DNA from: Eledone cirrhosa
Lineage: Eukaryota
Direction: 5' to 3'
Assembly: GCA_964016885.1 (NCBI GenBank)
Contig: OZ024744.1
Coordinates: 43,090,001 to 43,154,000, forward strand
DNA length: 64,000 nucleotides
The notes under the pieces are model-generated. The model saw only the letters and a list, made by a program, of their open reading frames with translations. It was not told where the DNA came from and searched no databases. This document shows, piece after piece, positions 16,742 to 27,374 of this stretch. The position numbers and the translations under genes are program-made. Position 1 is the first letter of the stretch. Each line of letters opens with the position of its first letter.

Positions 16742-17207
16742 AGCTGGTGATCATTCTGAGAATAGCATCACCAGAAATTGTAACTGTAGAAGGGCTTCGG
16801 GCTGCCCCCTGAATGGTTTCTGCCTTATTAGAAACATAGTTTACGCGTGTGATGTGGTAATTACGGCGTCCACTAAAACTTATATAGGATCAACTTCCAC
16901 CCCCTTTAAGACCAGCTTTAACTCTCACCAGTGCACTTTTAGACACAATAAACTGAGGAATTCCACCTCCTTGGCAGCGTACGTCCACAATTTAAAAAAT
17001 GCACGAACACATTACACCCTCACTTGGCGGCAGGTTGCTAAATCCCATCCATATACTCCTCATAATAGAGTATGTAACCTATGCCTTGCTGAATCCCACT
17101 CTATTATATTTGCTAAATGCTCTCTACTAAACAGAAAGTCAGAAATATTTTCCTCTTGCCCCCACCGAATATTAAGCTCTTTCTTCTACTTTAAACCTAT
17201 TAGCTAG
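16742..17207 (+). pseudogene. Inverted duplicate of the PLE #4 GIY-YIG fragment
   Basis: Same translation as the left arm except one residue (SHPY vs SHSY). Confidence 0.88.
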
Positions 17208-19401
17208 CACTTTCTTAATTCTCCAGTTGGGCTATCTTATGTAACTGTCTCTTATTGTGTGTAATTGTTTCCTATTGTTTGTCTTCTATGTATATGAGTC
17301 TGTGTGTGTATACGTATGCCTGCGGGAGAATATTGATCTGGATATTGAGGTGTACAGGTGAGTTGGTGTGTATGTTAATAAGCACCCCTGTTTGGCACAG
17401 TGGATGTGACCCATCCACGCTCGCCTAGCCACCCTTAGTGCATTGGTGGGTCTATCCCAACGTGTATTTTACGGAGGTACAGACCTCTGTATGCGCATGA
17501 GTTATGATGTAATATATCTATGTAGAGCGTGTACTGCGATATAGGCTGCACAAATGGAAATGGAAATCTAGCCTGTAACTGTGGGCGGACCTGTGCCATC
17601 TCGCCGTGAGCAGTAGATACGTAGCATATGCACGTGTTACCCTCCTATTCTGTGGTTTAAGATCTACAGGCTGACTTCGGAGAGCTCTTGCCCGGTGTTG
17701 TAGTCTTTCTAGCACAATCGGCCTTCCATATATTGACGGTCGTTGTTATTATCCCAAAAGTAACGTTTTGGCCCCGATAGCCCTCCGTAGTTATTAACGG
17801 TCTGTTTACACTCGAATCGGGCGACTACACGTGTGGACATGCATATCTTCGTAAGAATTTACTTTGATCAATTTTGCTGCATCTCCTCGTAAGAATTTAT
17901 CTTGAATGTATTATCTGTGACCAGTGTGAGCGACTGTTCTACCTTTGTTGGCCTAATGTGATATTTCTGTGTATTATATCCGCTTTGACCCGGGTGTCCT
18001 ACGCTGTGTGTGTGTGCGTGTGTGTTTGTATATACATTTATATGTGTATGGGTGTAGGTGGTTGTATATGTCTATATATAAATATATATATATATGTTTA
18101 CCGTCTCTGCATATGCATGTGGTGTGTGTATATGCATATACGTACTAACCATATTGTTGTATAATCTTGGGATGCATCAATGTTGTGATCTCATGGATAT
18201 TGGCATTTGAAGCTATTTTTTATATTTTTTATATTTTTTATATGCGCTGTTGAGTATGCATATTAACCCGCCTAACCCAACTGTATTTGCTTGCTTTCGG
18301 CTAGCCCACCTGCACTTGCTTGCTTTCGGCCCACTTATCTGCCTCTTGATGTTCATGTTGATGTAAACGATTTTGCTTGCTACCTTGTGACGTTGTGACA
18401 CTCAGTTATCTGCCCGTGAATTTACCTACCTTCCTTGCATACGTCCTCGCTAGTGATGTGGATATACCTCTGTTGACCAATAGATTCCTGCCCTGAGTGT
18501 GAACCTTTTGTGATTGCCCCACCGCTCAACTATATGAATGCACACCCGTGACTTTCGAGTGTGAACTTCTGTGACTGCCCAACCTGGGATGTCTCCATTG
18601 CATTGCAATGGTCAACTCAATCGAGTGTGGACATAGCACCTGTTGATTATAAATCTCATTTGTGCTTTTGATTGTTGTGATATGGCTAACTGTAACACTT
18701 AAGGCGTTCGTGTGCCCCTGATATATTCAAGAAATATATTCTAAAAATATATATCTTATCTCACTTTACTTTATTTTATTTTATTTCATTGTATTTTATT
18801 TTATATAATTTTATTTTATTTTTATTCTTTACCCTTTATCTCTACTATCTGTATATTTTATATATATATTTTTTATATTTTTTATATATATTATTTGTCT
18901 ATTTTTTATCTATTTTTTATCTATTTTTATCTACTCCTATCTATCTTATCTATTCTTGTCTATTCCTTATCTATTCTCTTTCTCTTATCCATGGTTAATC
19001 TATTTTTTATCTATGGTTAATCTATTTCTATCCTTTGTTTATCTTACTTTTACCCATTGTATTTTTACCCATTGTATATCCACCATTCATCTCTTAGCTT
19101 TTGCATACTCGTCCATGATATGTTATTGTATTAGTTATTTGTATTAGTCTATATGTTATTGTATTGGTTATTTGTATTAGTCTATACTATATGTGTTGCA
19201 TATGGCTGCCTGTTGTGTGGTTGCATGTGGGTGCTCATGCTTATGCGTATGCTTGTATGTAACTGTATGTTAACAGCACCCTGCCCAACTGTGACTGATA
19301 GCACTTCTTGTTTTTCAATGCTTATTTTTCAATGTTTATATTTTATTTTTTATTTCTTCAATGTCTTGGATTTGTTATTGCTTGTGTAATATGTAATCAC
19401 T

Positions 19402-19459
19402 CTTTATGCTCTGATGAGTCCCACTTATAGTGTGGACGAAACACTGTCAGCAAGTAAAG
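19402..19459 (+). ncRNA. Type I hammerhead ribozyme (family D, right arm)
   Basis: CTTTA-TGCT-CTGATGA-GTCCCAC/GTGTGGAC-GAAA-CACTG-TC-AGCA-AG-TAAAG; canonical core and GUC cleavage site. Confidence 0.92.
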
Positions 19460-19586
19460 ATATACCTATGCTCTAAGCGTTCTTTGTTGTTAATTATATT
19501 ACGGCTCTGTCCTCAGACATCGAGCTAACCTTATACTGCCTATTGGATAAGTGGAGTATTACACACTCCTGATCCTCTCCCTTATA

Positions 19587-19636
<50 letters not shown>

Positions 19637-19850
19637 GTTGGATGAATCTATATCCTGATTCTTTTTGAGTTGAGTATGAATTATTTTCCCACATCTTACG
19701 TTAACTATTTTTCCATTTTGACGTTATAGTCACTTATATATTATGAAATACTGTTGGCTTCTTGCTCACAATAATTTCTATACCTTTCATTTTTATATAT
19801 ATATATATATATATAAATGAAAGGTATAGAAATTATTGTGAGCAAGAAGC

Positions 19851-19955
<105 letters not shown>

Positions 19956-20080
19956 AGACGTAAAATAAGAAAATTATAAAATTAACTTACTTACTAAAAT
20001 ATCACTTCCAACTAATTAGTTTCTGGAATGGAGTAAATATGCATCTGTATGTATATATATGTTACTAGATATGAATTCTT

Positions 20081-20132
<52 letters not shown>

Positions 20133-20136
<4 letters not shown>

Positions 20137-21432
20137 AATTAAGTTAAAAATGTACATCCAGATATGTATACTGAAATACTAGTATGCATATGAATACACA
20201 CACGTATACATATGTAGATGTACCGAGTTTTTCACTGGTCACTTTACTGTGAGTGTCCAGCTATTCTGTATGTAAACACACAGACAAACCGGTTTTTAGA
20301 GTCGTACTGGTTTTTGAGGAGGAAAACCTTTCCTCTATTCTCCAGAAAGCCAGACAAGGAATATTGAACTAGTTTCGATGTTGTTACATCTCATCAGCAA
20401 TATTTACCTATCTTCCGGCCTTTCTAGAGAATCGTAAAAGCACATATCGTTATATGCTTTTTCTATGAAAATTAGTAGTGGGCAGACTAATTTGCATAGA
20501 GCGTGAGTACGTACCGGTTCAACGGAGACGATAAAAACAAATAACGAAACGAAATTAAATTTCGTTTCGTTTGTAACTCACTTTTGTATGACTGACGCTT
20601 AAACAATTAAGTTAAAAATGTACATCCACATATGTATACTGAAATACTAGTATGCATATGAATACACACACGTATACATATGTAGATGTACCGAGTTTTT
20701 CACTGGTCACTTTACTGTGAGTGTCCAGCTATTCTGTATGTAAACACACAGACAAACCGGTTTTTAGAGTCATACTGGTTTTTGAGGAGGAAACACCTTT
20801 CCTCTATTCCCCAGAAAGCCAGACAAGGAATATTGAACTAGTTTCGATGTTGTTACATCTCATCAGCAATATTTACCTATCTTCCGGCCTTTCTAGAGAA
20901 TCGTAAAAGCACATATCGTTATATGCTTTTTCTATGAAAATTAGTAGTGGGCAGACTAATTTGCATAGAGCGTGAGTACGTACCGGTTCAACGGAGACGA
21001 TAAAAACAAATAACGAAACGAAATTAAATTTCGTTTCGTTTGTAACTCACTTTTGTATGACTGACGCTTAAACAATTAAGTTAAGAATGTACATCCACAT
21101 ATGTATACTGAAATACTAGTATGCATATGAATACACACACGTATACATATGTAGATGTACCGAGTTTTTCACTGGTCACTTTACTGTGAGTGTCCAGCTA
21201 TTCTGTATGTAAACACACAGACAAACCGGTTTTTAGAGTCATACTGGTTTTTGAGGAAACACCTTTCCTCTATTCCCCAGAAAGCCAGACAAGGAATATT
21301 GAACTAGTTTCGATGTTGTTACATCTCATCAGCAATATTTACCTATCTTCCGGCCTTTCTAGAGAATCGTAAAAGCACATATCGTTATATGCTTTTTCTA
21401 TGAAAATTAGTAGTGGGCAGACTAATTTGCAT
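20133..21432 (+). repeat. Tandem array, ~468-bp unit x ~2.8, homologous to the Helitron upstream segment
   Basis: AAACAATTAAGTTAA recurs at ~20133, 20601 and 21070. The unit shares blocks (ACTAGTTTC, TCAGCAA, ATTTGCAT, GAAACGAAATT) with the 27375-29545 units. Confidence 0.85.
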
Positions 21433-21914
21433 CATTGTTATATATATACAAGAAAATACATAAATATTATATATATATATAAAAATAAAAATAAAAAGGT
21501 GAAAGGGGTAAACAAATAGTTGGGAGTACGGCAAATAATAAATAAATAAATAAATAGATAAGGGGATAAATGTTTATAGCTGATTTAGAGAACTCAACAA
21601 TTCCTGAAGCAATTAAACAATGAAAATAAGCATTAAATCACTCTCTATGTACATATACATACACATATAAATATCTATATCTATACACACACAACCATAC
21701 ATACACACATATATACATACACATACATACATATACATATATATATATATTTACATATAGGAAAAAGTGTGACCCCGACGGCAGAGATCAAGCCGTTTCT
21801 GAGGCTATTATATATACACACACAAACATAATATATAAAAATACACATATACACACACACATATCTACAAAAAGTTGTCACCACCTTAATAAAAATACAT
21901 ACATATATATATAT

Positions 21915-21963
<49 letters not shown>

Positions 21964-22295
21964 ATTACAACAGATACATATAAAAATACAATTATATACA
22001 GACATACATATACATACAGATATATATAACTATATATACATATACGTATACATACATATATATATATATACATATATACACATATACACAACACACACAG
22101 AGAAATAAATATCTAAAAATACCCACCTTTTTATTTTTAGATATTTATTTCTGTGTTGTGTATATGTGTATATATGTATATATATATATGTATGTATACG
22201 TATATCTATATATTGTTATATATATCAGTATGTATATGTATGTGTGTATATAATTGTATGTTTATATGTATCTGTTGTAATTGTGTGTATGTATA

Positions 22296-22384
<89 letters not shown>

Positions 22385-22614
22385 GTGTGTGTGTGTGTTT
22401 ATATGTGAGTGTGTATTTTTATTAGGGTGGTGACGTAACTTTTTGTAGATATGTGTGTGTGTATATGTGTATTTTATATATTATGTTTGTGTGTGTATAT
22501 ATAATAGCCTCAGAAACGGCTTGATCTCTGCCGTCGGGGTCATAATTTTTCATATATATATATATATATATGTATATGTATGTATGTGTATGTATATATG
22601 TGTGTATGTATGGT

Positions 22615-22647
<33 letters not shown>

Positions 22648-22858
22648 TTATATGTGTATGTATATGCATAATTACATAGAGAGTGATTTAATGCTTATTT
22701 TCATTGTTTAATTGCTTCAGGAATTGTTGAGTTCTCTAAATCAGCTATAAACATTTATACCCTTATCTATTTATTTATTTACCCCTTTCACCTTTTTATT
22801 TTTATTTTTATATATATATATAATATTTATGTATTTTCTTGTATATATATAACAATGA
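21433..22858. repeat. ~1.4-kb imperfect fold-back (inverted repeat) centred at ~22126
   Basis: Outer ends CATTGTTATATATATACAAGAAAATACAT and its reverse complement; inner arms AGAAATAAATATCTAAAAATA. Each arm carries a half-hammerhead (21761-21810 minus, 22503-22550 plus). Confidence 0.85.
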
Positions 22859-23197
22859 ACGATTCCAACCGTGACCGATCCCCACTGAAAGTTTCGTGAA
22901 ATAGTCTTTTTAAGACTATACAGAGCATTTGTAGTTTTTCCAAATTGAAGGATGAGTATTTTAAACTCTATTTTATTCTGAGTTATGGCTCTATTGATTT
23001 TTCCCTGGATTTCACAAAATTCTGTGGATGAATCTATGCCCTGATTCTTTTTGAATTGAGTTTGAATTATTTTCCCACATCGTACGTTAACTATTATTCC
23101 ATTTTGACGTTATAGTCACTTATATATTATGAAATACTGTTGGCTTCTTGCTCACAATAATTTCTATACCTTTCATTTATATATATATATATAAATG

Positions 23198-23261
<64 letters not shown>

Positions 23262-23265
<4 letters not shown>

Positions 23266-23980
23266 AGATTTGAATGGATACAGTTTAGTTGAAAGGAATT
23301 TATTGACACGTGTTTCTATAACAGTTACATAACCTAAAACAGCTATCTACAAACTTTTAGTTATGCAGACATTCAATATTTCAATGTTATTATTTACTGT
23401 CATTTCATCAGAATAATATTACTGAGGACCTATTTAGTTTTTATAGAGAATATTAGGAGGGAGGGGTGAAGTTGTTAGAAGAATAGTTGAAGGAGTGGTT
23501 TTTCGATAGCAGTGAGAATTCTTGGTGGCAGTGAGTAATTAGATTCCCATCTGTTGTTTTGACATTTTTTATAGAATATATTATTGGTTATTTTTCTAAA
23601 TCTATAGAAGGATTAGAGATAGTAAAGATATGCGTGGTTGGTTTTGTGTTTGCACTTAATTAACATTCAGACTTAAATTTTTCTTTCAAGTGTACGTATC
23701 CTTTCACCCACGCATTCACACACAAATATATTTGCACACCTCTACAAAATACATATACTCACAATTCACATATTCATACTTACATATATATACACATGCA
23801 TACACATATATATACACACATGTATTCATGTACATACATACGCGCTCATGTGTATACATTTTCATACTCAACTTATCTTTATATACACACGTATAGACAC
23901 ACACATATATACATACATACTCTAGTCCATGTGTACACACATACACATACTTACACATCCATATACACATATATACATAC

Positions 23981-24011
<31 letters not shown>

Positions 24012-24864
24012 CATATATATACATATATATATACATATACATATATACATATATATACATATACACATATATACATATATACATATATATAAGCACTTTA
24101 ATACATGAATACACTTACATCTAACTATACACATCAAACATATATATATATTTACTTATTTATATACATTTTCACATATATATACATACTTATGGACGTT
24201 TTTAGACACATTCATTATCGCATATTTGTACCTATTCTCATCAGCATATCTTTTCATTATTAGTATGGTAATTTAAGGTTATTAATATATGTTGAGAAGA
24301 GATTGTTTTTATAATTTTCTAACTAGATTAAGGTTTATATAGTTGGGGGATGTCCCTCTTTTATGTAATATTCGGCTTGTAGTGGGAAAAAAGGGTTTTA
24401 GTTCTGTGACGGCAGAATAATGTTCGTTCAATTCTGTTATTCAGCAGTTTCTTCTTGTGTGTGATTATGTAATAAATCTCAAGATTACACAATTTGCAGA
24501 AATTTTGGCTCCTGGAAAAGCTTTGGGTTTTAGCTAATTTTTCCCATTTTAGGGTAAACTTTTGGTCGCTATCCCTGAGCGTCCAAGCTTTTTCTGCTAA
24601 AGTTGTTACATTTCTTTGGCTCTGGTGTTTTATTGAAATATTGAATGTCTGCATAACTAAAAGTTTGTAGATAGCTGTTTTAGGTTATGTAACTGTTATA
24701 GAAACACGTGTCAATAAATTCCTTTCAACTAAACTGTATCCATTCAAATCTTTCTATTTTTCTCCGGATTACTTTTGGAACTACAACTGGAACCGTCGAG
24801 CAAACTCTACGTGAGCTGATAATCTACTGTGTGTAATATTTATATTACAACACAACGGAAAATA

Positions 24865-24868
<4 letters not shown>
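23262..24868 (-). mobile_element. Penelope-like element #5: 3' fragment with inverted terminal piece
   Basis: GIY-YIG C-terminus at 24361-24630 (TTLAEKAW..LKWEKL..CKLCNLE..LFCRH). 23262-23385 is inverted at 24632-24756 and followed by a ~110-nt tail and (TA)n. Confidence 0.85.
23300..23416 (-). ncRNA. Type I hammerhead ribozyme with greatly extended helix II (family E)
   Basis: TTATT-CTGATGA-aATGACAGT...(~70 nt including a GCATAAC/GTTATGT hairpin)...ACTGTTATa-GAAA-CACGTG-TC-AATAA. Confidence 0.75.
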
Positions 24869-24943
<75 letters not shown>

Positions 24944-24948
<5 letters not shown>

Positions 24949-25712
24949 AAAATTAAGATAAATTAAATGAATTCAATCTAAATCGAAATTGTGGGTCTCA
25001 TGTCTGAACGGCGTGCGCCATATCGCCCGGAAAATAAGCTCAAAGACTTTGTAGGTGCGAACATTTAATAATAACTAGAAATTGATCAACATATATATAA
25101 ATAAATATAAACATGAATATATATGTTGATCAATTTCTAGTTATTATTAAATGTTCGCACCTACAAAGTCTTTGAGCTTATTTTCCGGGCGATATGGCGC
25201 ACGCCGTTCAGGCATGACACCCACAATTTCGATTTAGATTGAATTCATTTAATTTATCTTAATTTTGGATATAGATATATAAATACGGTTCCTTAATTGT
25301 AGAGCTATCTCTGTTGAAGGGAATTGACTGCTATTTCTAGTTGTCGAATACCTATTCATGCCACTGAGACGAAGCCGCTGTGATGTGTAAAAACAACACG
25401 TGGTAGCGGCCAGTTAAAGATTTTGACTCGAAGTGTAAACATGGATTGCAGTATATTGTTCTTCCTTGTTGATAATCCAATAATATCCACTTTCTGTGAC
25501 TTACCATCTCATTAATTGGTGAAATATATTTCTTTAATGGAATATATTCAGGGAAGATTAATCATTAAAAGCTATCTATTTTGAAGTTCTAGTTAACTGT
25601 ATTTATTTGTTACCTACTAGCCTTGCGTGGTTACACGTTTGTAAAAATTATCTCCTGTGATTATTCATGTTTATATTTATTTATATATATGTTGATCAAT
25701 TTCTAGTTATTA
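24944..25712 (+). mobile_element. Non-coding element with a short direct terminal repeat and an inverted partial copy (PLE-like architecture)
   Basis: 24944-25097 is inverted against 25120-25272. ATATGTTGATCAATTTCTAGTTATTA is repeated at ~25121 and ~25687. Bounded by (TA)n. Confidence 0.6.
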
Positions 25713-25738
25713 GTTATTAGTTATTAGTTATTAGTTAT

Positions 25739-25776
<38 letters not shown>

Positions 25777-25810
25777 CGTGAATATATGTGTATATTATGT
25801 GTTTATATAG

Positions 25811-25998
25811 GGCGGTGGATTGGCGGTATCGGTAGAGGGTCGGACGCCATGCTTTCCAGCATAGTTACGTCCCTTTACGATCTGAGTTCAAATCCCGCCG
25901 AGGTTGACTTTGCCTTTCATCCTTACGGGCTCGATAAAATAAAGTACCAGTAATGCACTAGGTAATTTCTGGCCTTGTGCCTAAAGTAGAAACAATTA
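25811..25998 (+). mobile_element. tRNA-derived SINE
   Basis: A box TGGCGGTATCGG, B box GAGTTCAAATCC, body GCCTTTCATCCTTACGGG.TCGATAAAATAAAGTACCAG, tail GAAACAATTA. Seven copies or fragments in the window. Confidence 0.88.
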
Positions 25999-26147
25999 TG
26001 TGTTTATATATGTATATGTATTTGTACGTGTATGTATGTGTGTATGTATGTATGTAGGTATATGTATATATATGTCTATATATGTATATATATATATATG
26101 TATATATATGTATATATATATCTATATGTAGGTATATGTATATATAT

Positions 26148-26720
26148 GTCAGGTCACCAGTTGGTGCTACTGGTAACATGTATCCCAGTACAACCTGTCC
26201 CATGGTCGGGTCGTTGGCGACTAAACTGGCAACCCCACCAAGGTTTCTTGGTGAGGAGGGTGACTTTGGACATCCTGCAGGACTAAAAACAAAACCTGTC
26301 AAAGGGCAAAGGAGCTCTTAAGAGTCAATGGCCATCCAAAATCACCGGGAGAGATGACCCCTTAGCCTTTGTCAAGGCAGAATTCTAGGAGAAGGAAAAC
26401 TCTGATATAACACCTGCAACCCTGATGGTTTCCGATGATGTTGACTTTTTGGTAAATATCATCTTGGTTAAGAGAGTGGGACTGGCTTTGTGCAGTGCCT
26501 TTGCTCACTATAAAAGCTTCACAGCACAGGCATTGCTTTATATCTGGAGATATCTCTGCACTTGTCGTCACATGGTACCATGGGCCCAGCACTATGTGTC
26601 AATAATTGTCACAAGTGTAGTGTTTGTACCAGAGTTTTCAAGTTGCTGGCTGGACTAAAAAGTCACACTCGTTCAGCGATATAAAGTAGTGGCCGTACTC
26701 GAAAACGAGTTGGCAGCCAC
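26148..26720 (+). mobile_element. Probable RTE-clade LINE 5'UTR fragment
   Basis: GC-richer island between microsatellites with CTAGGAGAAGGAAAACTCTGA and GCAACCCCACC, motifs I associate with RTE 5'UTRs; no ORF. Confidence 0.5.
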
Positions 26721-26919
26721 CATATGTATATATATATATATTTATATATGTATATATATGTATGTATATGTATGTGTGTATGTATATGCGTGTGTGTGTG
26801 TATATGTCTGTGTGTGCATGTGTGTTTATTTATCCTTTCCTTCTTCCTTTTCTAGCCTCACTTTCATATAGATTATATTTTTGTTTTTAAAATCAACTGT
26901 CAATGAATACACCAGATTT

Positions 26920-26980
26920 TTTCTTTCTGATGACTGAAAGCAAATTGTGTTTGCTTTCAAGAAACCACTGGTAAATGTAA
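26920..26980 (+). ncRNA. Type I hammerhead ribozyme (family C, degenerate copy)
   Basis: CTGATGA-cTGAAAGCAAA/TTTGCTTTCAa-GAAA-CCACTGG-TA-AATGTAA; homologous to 9712-9772, with mismatches in helix I. Confidence 0.78.
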
Positions 26981-27105
26981 TAATTATCTTATGTTCTTTA
27001 TTACATAACTAATAAGCTCTGTAACCTACTTAGAGCACTCTTTTTTCCAGGACATTTCTCACAGAATTACTTCACAAAGATATATATATATATATACATA
27101 AGAAC

Positions 27106-27290
27106 AAGTATGACGCCGACGGCAGAGCTCAAGTCGTTTCGATGGCTATTTCAGAAATAACCGTCGAAACGGCTTGAGCTCTGCCGTCGGGGTCATACTT
27201 CTTCCTATTACCCACTCTACTACCCTAAGTATTGAGTACTTTGGTGCGTTATGGTGCATCTGGTTCCTTACCACAATTCCTTCGTTATAT
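27106..27290 (+). ncRNA. Folded-back hammerhead remnant (family F) plus pseudo-LTR tail
   Basis: 95-bp palindrome centred on helix II (GATGGCTATTTC-A-GAAATAACCGTC), then GAAA-CGGC-ttgagctct-GCCG-TC-GGGGTCA. Confidence 0.7.
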
Positions 27291-27374
27291 ATATATATAT
27301 ACTTTTACTGTATTCTAACTTTTTCATTTTTCATTTATATTTTTATTCTTTATTTTTAATTTTATATATATATT

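Larger units (their letters stand above)
13791..19590. mobile_element. Palindromic (head-to-head) Penelope-like element #4
   Basis: Inverted arms 13791-16562 and 16742-19495 with a 179-bp spacer that continues the minus-strand ORF. Each arm has GIY-YIG, a ~2.2-kb 3'UTR and a hammerhead. The right arm has a ~95-nt extra tail. Flanked by (TA)n. Confidence 0.92.

Noticed and set aside
21766-21781. TGACCCCGACG resembling a tRNA-Trp primer-binding site
   Set aside because: It lacks TGG and any LTR context; the opposite strand parses better as hammerhead helix III-GUC-helix I.
22990-23045. Hammerhead-like CTGGAT...GAAT/GAAA segment (also ~7298-7335)
   Set aside because: The core is non-canonical and helix I cannot be formed in either copy.
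24190-24250. Possible extra hammerhead on the minus strand (ATATG-CTGATGA...AAAAACGTC-CATA)
   Set aside because: GAAA is absent and helix II does not pair convincingly; at best a dead remnant.
25811-25900. tRNA gene
   Set aside because: A and B boxes are present but there is no cloverleaf; it is the head of a multi-copy SINE.
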